Assembly (NCBI RefSeq): GCF_030028105.1 | Contig: NC_092384.1 | Location: forward strand, 40,555,553 to 40,619,552 | Source of the DNA: Mobula birostris | Lineage: Eukaryota | Length of the DNA stretch: 64,000 nt | Direction of reading: 5' to 3' | Shown: positions 41,850 through 54,266 of the stretch, one piece after another | Layout of the letters: each line of letters begins with the position of its first letter | Position numbering within the stretch: position 1 is the stretch's first letter | Translations under genes and position numbers: made by a program | The notes under the pieces: model-generated | What the model was told of the DNA's origin: nothing | Seen by the model: the letters and a program-made list of their open reading frames with translations, nothing else | Database searches by the model: none

Positions 41850-43080
41850 TTCTCAAGTCAAGCCAAGTCACTTTTTATTGTCATTTTGACCATAACTGCT
41901 GGTACAGTACACAGTAAAAACGAGACAACGTTTTTCAGGACCATGGTGCTACATGAAACAATACAAAAACTACACTGAACTACGTAAAGCAACACAAAAA
42001 CTATGCTAGGCTACAGACCTACCCAGGACTGCGTAAAGTGCACAAAACAGTGCAGGCATTACAATAAATAATAAACAAGACAATATGCACAGTAGAGGGC
42101 AGTAGGTTGGTGTCAGTCCAGGCTCTGAGTGTTGAGGAGTCTGATGGCTTGGGGGAAGAAACTGTTACATAGTCTGGTCGAGAGAGCCCGAATACTTTGG
42201 TACCTTTTGCCAAATGGCAGGAGGGAGAAGAGTTTGTATGAGGGGTGCGTGGGGTCCTTTATAATGCTGTTTGCTGTACAGATGCAGCATGTGGTGTAAA
42301 TGTCTGTAATGGCGGGAGAGAGACCCCGATGATCTTCTCAGCTGACCTCACTATCCGCTGCAGGGTCTTGTGATCCGAGACGGTGCAATTTCCGAACCAG
42401 GCAGTGATGCAGCTGCTCAGGATGCTCTCAATACAACCTTTGTAGAATGTGGTGAGGATGAGGGGTGGGAGATGGACTTTTCTCAGCCTTCGCAGAAAGT
42501 AGAGAAGCTGCTGGGCTTTCTTTCCTGTGGAGCTGGTGTTGAGGGACCAGGTGAGATTCTCCACCAGGTGAACACCAAGAAATGTGGTGCTCTTAACGAT
42601 CTCTACGAAGGAGTCGTCGGTGTTCAGCGGAGAGTGATCGCTCCGTGTCCTCCTGAAATCAACAACCATCTCTTTTGTTCACATTCAGAGACAGGTTGTT
42701 GGCTCTGCACCAGTCCATTAGCCGCTGCACCTCTCCTCTGTGTGCTGAGCCATCATTCTTGCTGATGAGACCCACCATGGTCGTGTCATCGGCAAACTTG
42801 ATGATGTGGTTTGAGCTGTGTGTTGCAGCACAGTCATGGGTCAGCAGAGTGAACAGCAGTGGACTGAGCACACAGCCCTGGGGGGGCCCCCGTGCTCAGT
42901 GTGATGGTGTTGGAGATGCTGCTTCCAATCCGGACTGACTGAGGTCTCCCAGTCAGTAAGTCTAGGATCCAGTTGCAGAGGGAGGTGTTCAGGCCCAGTA
43001 GGCTCAGCTTTCCAATCAGTTTCTGAGGAATGATTGTGTTGAATGCTGAACTGAAGTCTATGAACAGCAGTCGAATGTAC
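41850..43080 (-). mobile_element. Rex1/Babar LINE RT 3' fragment
   Basis: [13 protein letters not shown]...IIKFADDTT (42659-42871) and FLGVHL...[13 protein letters not shown] (42259-42669). Confidence 0.92.
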
Positions 43081-43489
43081 CTGTCTTTTTTGTGTGCTTC
43101 CTTAGTTTAACGGACAAAGTAGTTAAGAAGAATACTTTGTGGAATTGGGGGCTTGTACGGTTCAGCGCTGCCTCATGACAGAAAATGGTGGCACATAAAA
43201 TGAGGCTTGGCATAGAGGTCTTTGTGCAACACCCCCAATACTTGGTCAGATCTGGGACTTTATACGACACAGAGGTGTAGAGATTATCTTTCTCTCTGTT
43301 CTCCATGTCAAGGACTTTATTTTATGTCCTGGTGTAGTTAAGGGAGGCATCTCCAAGGCCTTTCCCCTTGTGAATTCTATTTGATGCTGTGTGTTGTTCT
43401 GCCAATAGCATTGAGATGTTGCAAATGAAGGAATACCAACAGTGACACCAAGTGTCGGTTGGTGAAGATAGATTTTAACAGAAGTTTAC

Positions 43490-44737
43490 TTTGGCTCTGT
43501 CAGATTGCATGGGGATTGTGAGTGAACAGCCCTTTTCAAGTCCAGCCCCAAATTCTCAATTGGATTGAGGTCTGGACTCTGATTTAGCCACTCCAGGGCA
43601 TTAAGTTTGTTGTTTTTAAGCCATTCCTGTGTAGCTTTGGCTTTATGCTTGGGGTTATTGTCTTGCAGGAAAACAAATCTCCTAACTTGCAGTTCTCTTG
43701 CAGACTGCACCAGGTTTTCCTCCAGGATTTCCCTGTATTTTGCTGCATTCATTTTACCCTCTACCTTCAGAAGCCTTCCAGGGCCAGCTGCAGTGAAGCA
43801 TCCCCACAGCATCATGCAGCCACCACATTGCTTCGCGGTAGGGATGGTGTGTTTTTGATGATGTGCAGTGTTTAGTCTGATGGCCAAAAAGCTCAACTTT
43901 GCTTTCATCAGACTATAGAACCTTCCAGCTGACTTCGGAATCTCCCCCGTGCCTTCTGACAAACTAGCTGAGATTTCATGTGAAATTTTTTCAACAGTGG
44001 CTTTCTCTTTGCCAGTCTCTCATAAAGCTGCAACTGACGAAGCACCCATGGCACCAGTTGTTGTACGCGCAGTCTCTCCCATCTCAGCCACTGAAGCTTG
44101 TAACTCCTCCAAAGTTGTCATAGATCTCTTGGTGGCCTCCCTTACTAGTCCCCCCCTTGCATTGTCACTCAGTTTTTGAGGACGGCTTGCTCTCAGCAAA
44201 TTTTTTCCATTTTCTTTCCATTTCTTGACGATTAACAATATACTCCAAGGGATATTCTCTGACTTGAAAATTTCCTTGTATCCATCTCCTGACTTGTGCT
44301 TTTCAATAACCTTTTCGCGGAGTTGCTTGGAGCGTTCTTTTGGAGTGAACCAGGATACTGACTCACCAGCAGTTGGACCTTCCAGATATAGGTGTATTTT
44401 TACTACAATCAATTGAAACACCTTGACTGCACACAGGTCTCCAAAAACAGATCGTCATTTAACTAATTATGTGACTTCTGAATCCAGTCGGCTGCACCAG
44501 TGATGCTTTGGTGTGTCATATTAAAGGGGATAAATACTTATGCAAACAATTATTTTGTGTTTTATACTTGTCATTAATTTAGATCACTTTATAGAGGTCT
44601 GTTTTCACTTTGACACAGTCGAATCTTTTTCTGTTGATCAGTGTCAAAAGAGCCAAATGACGTCCACTGTGATTCAAAGTAGTAAAACAATAAAACATTA
44701 AAACTTCCAAGAGGGTGAATACTTTCTATAGGCAGTG
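43490..44737 (-). mobile_element. Tc1 transposon, decayed, one end missing
   Basis: GGCMMLWGCF...LQDNNPKHKAK...SPDLNPIENL (43486-43962) and HTH region (44020-44421). End gtgaatactttctataggcagtg|TA at 44737. Confidence 0.9.
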
Positions 44738-45177
44738 TACTTCCAGTCTGAATTGCCTTCATTGTCTTGGTTATCTAAATGAGCACCATCATGTTAGCCT
44801 TTTGAAGCACTTCTTGCTTAATATGACGGATTCTCCTCTGTGGAAAGATATTCTCCTGTGTTCAAGAGGACATTCTCCCTTTAATCCACGTGTAATCTCA
44901 TTGCATTATCATTTAATGCTCTAGTTATTTTTTTAACTTGCATTTAGCTGTTAGAGATTTTGCAGAGAAAGACCAAAACCCTGTCTCCTTTCATGTATTC
45001 TCATTGTTTAATTACAGCACAGGTCTTTATTCAAAAATTTGCTTCAGCCTGGTTAAGTACCTACAGAGCAAGTTCAATCTAGGATTAAAAAAATAAGTTA
45101 GAGCAAACTATTATACTCATACTATGCTGTGTGATAAATGATATTTGTTTTTAATCATCATTTTCCTTTAATTCCAG

Positions 45178-45237
45178 AAAGCAGACGACCGGGAAAAGCG
45201 CCAGGAAGCACACAGATTCCATTTTGATGCCATGTGA
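45178..45237 (+). CDS. ITFG1: ITFG1 terminal coding exon (cytoplasmic tail)
   Basis: attccag acceptor. Encodes KADDREKRQEAHRFHFDAM followed by TGA, the conserved ITFG1/LINKIN C-terminus. Confidence 0.98.
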   Translation, partial: KADDREKRQEAHRFHFDAM

Positions 45238-45810
45238 AATACAATGGCTCCTGAGGAACAATTGTTACAATGCTAGATCTAAAATATTACTTCCAATCAG
45301 CAGTAAATGGTGAATGTTTAATGTTGAATTGTACATAGTTTAACTGCTTCCTCATTTTTATTAATTAAAATCATTTTTTCTGGTTTTCTGGGCAGGGGTT
45401 GCAAATAACTCAAGATGTATATTTTGGGAATTAAGAATAATTTAAAGCTAAATTATGCATTTTGTTGTAATACTGAATATTTGAAAATGTGTGTTTGTGT
45501 TGTTCGAATATGGTGAATTGTTCTGTTATTAATGTCTTCAAATGTTTACTTAAATGGTCTTTGTGGAATGCATGTTTATTAATTCTGGTTGCTAAAAATC
45601 ATACATTAAACTTTAATGATTTAAAATAATTAATGTTTCAAATTCTTTTTTATACTACTGTAATACAACACTCAGACTGATACCTTTCTGTGAGACTGGA
45701 TGACCCTTGAGTTCCACTAATTAAATACATACACTGCTAACTACTTTCTGGCAAGATCCATAACTTTAAATTATGCATGCATATGGATGGCTAACGTACT
45801 TCACAATAAA
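45238..45810 (+). promoter_or_regulatory. ITFG1: ITFG1 3' UTR with candidate polyadenylation signals
   Basis: AT-rich sequence after the stop. ATTAAA at 45605-45610 and AATAAA at 45805-45810; a further AATAAA lies at 46432-46437. Pumilio-type TGTACATA at 45330-45337. The true cleavage site cannot be determined from sequence. Confidence 0.6.
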
Positions 45811-45833
45811 TAGACAGCAGGTTGATTGAACCG

Positions 45834-46380
45834 CAAACAACAGGAATTCTGCAGATGCTGGAAATTCAAGCAACACACATAAAAGTTGCTGGTGAACGCA
45901 GCAGGTCAGGCAGCATCTCTAGGAAGAGGTGCAGTCGACGTTTCAGGCCGAGACCCTTCGTCAGGACTAACTGAAGGAAGAGTGAGTAAGGGATTTGAAA
46001 GTTGGAGGGGGAGGGGGAGATCCAAAAAGATAGGAGAAGACAGGAGGGGGAGGGATAGAGCCGAGAGCTGGACAGGTGATAGGCAAAAGGGATACGAGAG
46101 GATCATGGGACAGGAGGTCCGGGAAGAAAGACAAAGGGGGGGGGGGGGACCCAGAGGATGGGCAAGGGGTATATTCAGAGGGAGAAAAAGGAGAGTGAGA
46201 GAAAGAATGCGTGTATAAAAATAAGTAACAGATGGGGTACGAGGGGGAGGTGGGGCATTAGCGGAAGTTAGAGAAGTCGATGTTCATGCCATCAGGTTGG
46301 AGGCTACCCAGATGGAATATAAGGTGTTGTTCCTCCAACCTGAGTGTGGCTTCATCTTTACAGTAGAGGAGGCCGTGGAT
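45834..46380 (-). mobile_element. Penelope-like pseudo-LTR fragment with hammerhead
   Basis: Near-identical to 18141-18695. Hammerhead on the minus strand at 45933-45968. Confidence 0.93.
45933..45968 (-). ncRNA. Minimal type I hammerhead ribozyme
   Basis: agtcgacgtttcaggccgagacccttcgtcaggact is the reverse complement of an intact core. Confidence 0.8.
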
Positions 46381-47799
46381 GTGACTACAACTAGTTTTAT
46401 TTCAGCATTTTACAAAGCTTTTATAAAAAGCAATAAACCTGCATCCCTTGTTTCATTTGGTACCAACTGGTGTCCAAGTCTGTAACAATTTTGTACATTT
46501 CATTGACACGTTATACCTTTCTTCAAAAGACAAGTAATTTCTGCATAATTTCACTTTCTGAGGCAATCCTCCCCCAGCACATCCTAGGATTCAATCTGAT
46601 TCAATCACTCTCCATTGCAGTTATACAAAAGAACTCAGTTGAAGTTAGTATAGGAAGGTAGCACAAAGAGAAAAGCCATGAGCTTATTAAATGTCAAAGC
46701 CAACACAGGAGCTGAATGAATTCGTCCTGCTATTTTTCATGTTATTTTCCTCTGAAACGGAGAGCAGACAGACAGTCACACGATATTCCAGGTGTCAGTT
46801 TATCGGGGCCCTACACAACTGGAGCAAGATACCTGTACTTTTCCTAATTGTTCACTGTTAACTTTCACTGATTCATGTAAATAAATTCCTTGATCCCTTT
46901 GGATACCTTTCAGTCTCTTATTTCTTAAAACTATCCTGCCTTTTGGGGGGTTTATGTACTAAAATGGACACTTTGGTGTTGATGGCCTTATGTTTGTTAC
47001 ACATTATATTCTGTTTGTCATGTTATCGCCATTTGCTTAACCCTTAGATTAATCTTGGAGTAGATTAAAAGGTCAGCACAACATTGTGGGCTGAAGGGCC
47101 TGTACTGTGCTCTATTGTTCTATGTTTATGCTGCTGAAGTCTCTCAGCGCCCCTCCCTCACCCTGTACAGCCACTTAGCTTCGTACCGTCAGCATACGTG
47201 TGTGTTACTACATTTGATTCTCATCCAAAGGATGTAAATTGTGGATAGCTTTAACCCCAGCAGCACCCCACTGCTCACAGCCTCCTAATACAAAGGTGTC
47301 CCATTTATTCTTGCACTTTTTGTTGATCGATTTTCAGTCCTTGTCCATATGTTGTCCCTAATGCCATGAGTCGTTTTAATAACCTCTTGTATGGTACTCT
47401 GTCGAAGTTCAAATTCATCACTCTTGTCTATTCTGCTTATTATAACCTCAAATATTCTAGCAGATTTATCTTTCACAAATCTGTAGTATATTAACATTTT
47501 TTTCTAAGGATCTATGTTGACACCTCAACATATAAATATACGGTAAAAATGAATGAACGGCATGTGTTTTTCAAGTACCTATCCTTCCCGATCAATAGTT
47601 TCTCTGAAAACACTTGGACACTCAACACTGCTCACTGTAAAGCAAAATCTAATGGATGCACTGATTTGTATATATTATATATCTGCCCCGCAAGATCCGC
47701 CAAATCACCACGGAGTTTAGAACTCTGAAATGTTTTAAATAATCTTCATTATTGTGACCCTCAAAACAATAGAGAACTTGTAGCGGCTTCATTAACGAT

Positions 47800-50300
47800 C
47801 TGTTCTTGGTTGCTGCCGTCGTGTTTGAAGGTGTGTGTGTGGAATTGGAAACAGCAGGCTGCAGCTTGGTGTGTAATGTGGAGTTGGGTGCATGCGTACA
47901 AGCTGCTTGCTGAAGCACAGCACGTCGATCCGAAAATGAGACTCATTCATTCGCTAAACAGTTCTTCCATCCAGCTGGGAGCTGGAGTGGCTCTTGCAGG
48001 CTCTCTAAAGATCGATAGACCCTTCCTGCTGCTTTGCACCCTGGAACGGACTTTGGCATCTTCAGAACAATTCATATTTTCCTAGATGCCCTGTCCTGCG
48101 TTAAAAGCACTTGAAAAGTCATTGTAAAAATACAGCTACCGAACATTTCTGAAGGACTATCGCGGTCTCCGTGGAGGAATTACTCGAGGGACAAAAGATG
48201 GGACTAACCCAGTGTGGAAAGTTTGTTTTCCAGGAGAGAAGTCCATCCTCCAGCAGGGGAAAGGGATGGTTTGTGTAATGAACATCAAGAAATTGGATGT
48301 GAAATTGATCAATGAATGTAGGTAAGTATCGGGGGAGAAAAGCAACCGAATAGAAATCTGGTTTCCTTAATTCGGATAACGTGGATTCTTTGAGCACACA
48401 ACGCCGACTAGGAAATGCTGTGAACCTAGCGACTGAGTCCACTGGGCTTTGCAGACTGCCTCCTCAATAGACCCGAAGAGGCATCGAGGAAAATCGGCAT
48501 CTTCCTGATCGAGAGAGAATGGTGCTGGAAAGACGCTTTTTCCTCATGTTCAAAGGTGAGTCACAAATAAAACATAAAATAACGTCGCCATCTACAGGAC
48601 TGTTGTGCTTCGTAAAACAACCAGTCTTGGCGAAAATAACAGCTCTTGAAAACTTGCCTGCCTTTCTGTTTCATTGTAAAAGCTTTTGTTTCAGTGCATT
48701 AGCGTTATTATTGGTTTTCCCACGGGCCGTGTATATCCGTTTTAAACTGACTGAGAACGAGTGTATTTCGGCTCGGTTGTGTTCAAACTATTTGAAACAA
48801 ATCCATACAAGATCATGCCCGACATGGTTGTTTTCCCGAACGATTTAAACTCACAAGTTTGCACAAATATGTATAACGGTGTAGAAGCGTAAACATCAGA
48901 AAGCCTTTTAAATTCGATAAAACAATGCGGACACAGGGAAAATGAAGCGGATCATAAAATGGAGCGATTCGACCGCTCATGAGCAAAGATCTCGGTCCCA
49001 CGGGGATGTAATTGTGGAACCGCCGGAGCTCAGATAATAGAGGTCTGGAAAAACATGGCAAAACGGGAGAGGCGAGTCCAAACGCGGCTGTCTTAATTAG
49101 TGGCGGATAAGATTGGAAAGGAACTGCCTGTATCTGTTACTGAAGATGAGTGAGGGTTTAAATGGAAACCGGCTGATGTTTCTTTCCCGATGTCTGCAGC
49201 TTTGCAGGAAGTGCTGAACAGCTCCACGTGGTGCTGCGGCTTGGTCCGACCACCTCGAGGACAGCGGGCCCAGCCTTCGATCCCTCCGCACGCTGCCCGC
49301 CGCAGCTTTCTCGCTCAATGTCTGCTCCCATCTGAAAAGCGCCGTCTTAACTATCTACTTTTCCCTGTCACCAACCCCATTCTCGTTCTACCGATATCAA
49401 ATGTCTTCGTATACAACGAATTCAGAAAATTGTACGATCTATGCTATTGGAGCAGGTGTACTAGTAACGACGGAGAGCAGAAGGCGCTGAATTCACGCTC
49501 GACCTAACACCCTACGGCGTATTGCCGAGGATCAAATGCAATCGCTTACACTTCATTGGCAGCTTTTATGAACAAAATGTCAGAGGCGTTCACCACGATT
49601 TCTACATTAGTACTGCCTCATTTCTTGGCTGGATTAAATGGTCAATATTGGAGAATATTGCTGAGCACTAAACATAAAGCACGGTAACTCCCGCCATCGG
49701 CTCAAGTGTATTTTTTGCGCGGTCCCCGAACATTTTAAAAATGGACGAATGCACTTTCATGTTCTCCTTGGTAAATAATTAATGGATTGAATGTTACAGG
49801 CTTGAAGTCGCCCATATTAAAACTGGGCAAATTCCAAACGAAATAGACTCAAATTAGGGGAAATCAGTTGTTTTGGAAGTTGTTTCCTCATACGATCTCA
49901 GAAAATGTTTCCGAATCGTCAGGAAGGGCCATGAAGTCAACACTTCAGCCAGGAATCTCTGTGAATCTTGAGGAGTCGGTACTCCAAACGGTTGCCTAAG
50001 CTGAGTATATCCAAGGCTAGTAGTTCTAAAGGAATAAAGGGACCTGGGGACTGGCTAGGAAGTCATTTTGAGGTTGAGGGTGCTGCTGAATGTGGACGGT
50101 GCTCCCAGCGCCAGAGCCTGTATGGTCCTCTCCATCCTCATACTGTCCACAGCGTCCTCGCGTCCATTGGCTCCATTTGCACCGAACGTCTGCGCTTGCC
50201 TTGTGCAAGTCAATCAGTCGCTTAACATTGGAACAGATATAGTGCATTTCCCTCCGATTTATGCAGCGTCTACCTGCTGCCACGTAACATTCACCTCTGC
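47800..50300. promoter_or_regulatory. NETO2: CpG-rich promoter/5' region of NETO2
   Basis: CpG dinucleotides rise visibly relative to the CpG-depleted introns around the first NETO2 exon, and stay elevated to about 53400. Boundaries judged by eye. Confidence 0.7.
48519..48555 (+). CDS. NETO2: NETO2 (neuropilin and tolloid-like 2) first coding exon
   Basis: agaATGg strong Kozak context. Encodes MVLERRFFLMFK+G with donor AG|gtgagt. Resembles human NETO2 MALERLCSVLK and lies directly downstream of ITFG1 on the same strand, as in human. Confidence 0.85.
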
Positions 50301-51209
50301 CCGAAAATAGGGAACTTTTCCTGCTGACCCAGCTGCTCCCACCGGATTTCCAGCCAGATCCCAGGACAGCAGGGAATTGTGCAGTAAATTAGAATGTACT
50401 GATGATTTCATGTATTGGACACAAACTTTTAATACAGGCGAGCTGATGACTAATGAAGCTCACCACACAACGAAGTGTTCCTAATTCTGAAAACCACGCA
50501 TCCAGCCCCGGTACAAACCAAGGCTTTCAACTTTAATGGAACAATCTCAGTTCCAATATCTCAAGAATGTAGCTAAATTTTATCATTTATTCAGAAAGTT
50601 CAGCCAGCTCTTTCAGTAAGATATTCCGTTTATGTATCGGAATTAAAGGCGTATTTAGCGGTGTCCAATCTGATATTTGGAACCAGCGAAGCTAGACCCA
50701 AGCATATCTATCCGTGCGAAAACGGGTAAATATTAATTTAAATTGACATTAAATATTTTAAGATCTTAATTATTGGAGGATCAAGTAGAATTTCTAAGTT
50801 GTCTGAACTTCGTTTCTGGTGTCATGGAGTCTGTTAATATAATTACATGCTCGCAATTATTCGCTGTTTATGCTGTAATATGCTTATTCTCTCGGACGTC
50901 TTATGAATCTCATGCTCTAAACATAACAATCGCGATTTTATTATTTGTGTCCGCAATTCTTTAAAATAGGTGTCAAATGGAAATCTGTGACACTGACAAT
51001 TGGCTCTGATAAAATAAACCTTCGTTTATGGGGCAAATATGCAAAGACTTTTCTCATTATTCAACAGTGGTTTTATAATCTCCTTACAATGGTTTTAGAG
51101 TGTCTGATAATCTCTGTAATAATACTTGCCCCAATACATAATCCTTAACCAATCGTTTCATGCAGGAAATGTGGCCGGCCGCGCATTTGTCGTGTGGTAG
51201 CCACGTTAA

Positions 51210-51990
51210 TCAGAACCACTTTATTGCCAGTATGTGAAACATATCAGAATTGAGTATGGTTCGATACCAAGCATTAAACACGAGACAATATCATAACATT
51301 CAACACAACAGCAACCAACAATTTACTAGACAATAGTGCAAACGGCCAAGAGCAATCAGCAATTAGCGGAACGATCACACGTGCAAACGTCAATAATCAA
51401 ATTTAAATAAATATGCACATATGAACATTCTCAATAGTTATCAACAGATAAAAAAAGAAGAGCAGGAAAGGCCATTTAATGGATGTGTGCAGGGAGGGTT
51501 TGCTGAGAAGCTGGAAAGCTACATATGTGCAGCCCTGGTGGTGACGGACTCCCAGATGGCAATTTGGTGAATAGGTGACTGCTAGGGTAGGTGGGGTCAG
51601 CAGTAATGTTTTTTTTCCCAGTTCTCTTCTTCGCTCTGGCAATGAACAGGTCATTCAATGTCAGCAGCTGACGGACCATGAATGATCTTCCCCGCGAAGT
51701 GGACCGTTCGCAGCATCCTAGACTTGGGGGGTGGGGGGCGGGGAGCGGGAAACCAAAAGGTGATAGAGGTGGTCACAACACTGAGTAAAAATTCGGCAGG
51801 ATACCTCCTGAGATGTTGAATTTCCTAAGGTGGCGTGGGAAGGCCAATCTCTGCTGGGCTTTCCCAGTGACGAGTGTAACATGTTTCTCCCACTTCAATG
51901 TATTGGTAATTGGAATTTGAATGACTCGACCACAGCCTGACCATTCATTTCCAAGCAGGGGGCAGGTGGGGGCGGCGGAATTATTTAAGC
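51210..51990 (-). mobile_element. Old Rex1/Babar-like LINE fragment in NETO2 intron 1
   Basis: LKWEKHVTLVTGKAQQRLAF.RHLRKFN (ORF 51773-52003). Confidence 0.7.
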
Positions 51991-52671
51991 ACCTATCGAT
52001 CATCCATTGAAAACGTTCTCTAACTATACCGTATTTAGTTCCTCACCATAATTCCAACTATTTCCTGAAAAAAAAGTTGGGGTCCAGACAATGGCACGGT
52101 TTCTAATTGCACCTTATTGAAGAAGCGAGATAAACCTCCCTCTTGGCTGACACAGAATCCTAATTTTAAGAATTCTTACAGACACTCAATTATAAAACTA
52201 CTATTTGACCAAACATAACCTCTTTTTCTTACACCCTAGATAAGAAATAAAATCACGTTAAGTTGTTCAGTGCATGCAGTGAGTTCAGGGAGACATTGTA
52301 TAAGTATCCCGGGGCTGACTACTTCACCACCGGTTCCAGGCACAATGTAGGACATACTTATCGACGGCAAGAGGCAAACTACCCTGAAACATTTTCCCGC
52401 AACCCTTCTTATTTACTGCTGAGGAAGAGTACTTTATAAGAGTACCTTTACTGCTGTACGGCGTATCTAGAGCACAGATCCTGCATGTTAGATTTCTTCT
52501 TTGTTTAATATTTATTGGGAATACTTTATGCAATAAATACCTTATTTTGTATCCCATGTTTTCAAATTTAAGATTAAACTTCATATTCTCTGTAAATTCT
52601 GCCCAGTTTTCTACGTTTGAGTGGCAGTGTTATGTGACATCCACACACTGAAACCTAATTCTCTTTTCCAG

Positions 52672-52725
52672 TGTGGTCGATCATTGTTCTCACTGGAGGG
52701 ATCGCTTCTATACAAAAGGCAGAAG
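52672..52725 (+). CDS. NETO2: NETO2 second coding exon (signal peptide)
   Basis: ctcttttccag acceptor and AG|gtgagt donor. 54 nt, phase 1 to 1. Encodes (V)WSIIVLTGGIASIQKAE, similar to human VLLITVLVVEGIAVAQKTQ. The CUB1 exon was not found in the window. Confidence 0.85.
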
Positions 52726-54266
52726 GTGAGTTTCTAATTCTGTTTTTTTGCTGGTAATTCACTTGATCGCATTCATCTGGTTAGAATCCTTTGGCGAGTA
52801 TACCGGCGGCCACCTGATTAATAAAGGGCAAAATAAGAGCGCCTCTTATTCACCGGTTGGCGAGATCAACTCAATTTGACTGGAGCAGCCGGAAATATAT
52901 CGGCACTCCGGTTATTGCCGTCCAGCATTAGAACCCAGTTATATATCGATCTGGCGTTTACCACCTTAATGTTAGCACTGTCTTACCGCACCTACACTTA
53001 GGCACATTATTACCCTAGTATATTCAGAAATATACATGCCGCTACTAAATACGTGTATGTTAGTGCCAGGAGGAGAACATGACAGCCACTTATTGTCTGT
53101 GCATCAGCCATTAACCATTTACTCGCCGCATTATTTTTCACTCAAGCGCCATCAGAGATACATTTATTATCTGCGACCGCCTGTCGTGAGTCCGGAGACC
53201 CCCAAAGCCCCTCCACTGCGCGCTGGCTTCCACGCCAGTATCCGTGTCCCCAATCCCTTTCGGAGTGGTACTGTTGTAAGAAGCCATCTGAGGCAGGCAG
53301 TTGTGTAAATGACTTTCAAATTTCAGTTTTGTGGAAACTGAAACTATGGCAATTTAAATCCTTTAAATAATAACTGACGGCGGGAAGTATTTACACCGAA
53401 AACAATGATTAAAGTTACAAAGACCTTTTTGCCTTTTAAAATGTGTCCAATGGCCCATAAAATCTTGAACCCAATGCAATCTAAGGGGGGGGGGGGGAGG
53501 GTGGAATTTTCCATGAATACAATCATGCGATGTAGTTTTTAAAATATAATTATTGCTTCTGGAAAACCTTGTGGATGAAATGTCGTTTCCAGAGTTCTGA
53601 AAAACAAGGGGCAGTGGATTCTATCAATTTTCCATTCTTTTCTCTAAATAAAAGCTTGTTTCTAAGTAAAATAATCCCTGCAGTGAATTGAAATGTTTCT
53701 GAATGTACATTTATTGACAAGTATTTAAGAGAAATCTAACCTAAAATTATTTGTTAGAATTAATCTTGTGCTTTGGAAACCATTTATTTAAAAAGTAATT
53801 CTTTAACTTCACTTGAAGTGTTGAACATCCTGGAACACAACAGGGAATCCATGGTGCTCGCAGCAAATTATGACTTTTATCTGCATTTGTAGAATATTTG
53901 TTGATGCAAGTCAAAGTTTTCAAATGAAGGAAAGGTAAATAGTCACCAAATGGGCAGCAGCATGAAGTTTTCAGTAAGTCTGTACTGAAATTTAAGCAGA
54001 AATGATGCAGGTTTTGTAGCATCTGTGTGTGCCATCGGTTCAAGTGGTCCGATACATCTGCATCTCCATTCGGAATAATTACATGTTGATTAAAATTTGA
54101 AGCGTTGCCGAGACATCTGCTGTAAAGTGCAGAGTAAACCCTGTCCACTATTCATACCGCATGTAACACGAATCAGACGGCTCACCTGCTAGATTCTTCA
54201 GCATTGAGAGCTCCCACTTCTCACAAGCCAGACATTAGACTGGTTAGAATGAAGCTGATTTATTTA

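Noticed and set aside
48519-48848. 109-aa ORF as a single-exon gene
   Set aside because: Only the first 37 nt are exonic. The rest is read-through past the gtgagt donor into intron 1.
47800-52000. REST/RE1 silencer site at the NETO2 promoter
   Set aside because: Only half-site-like matches were seen (e.g. ggacagcg at about 49259), with no full 21-bp consensus.
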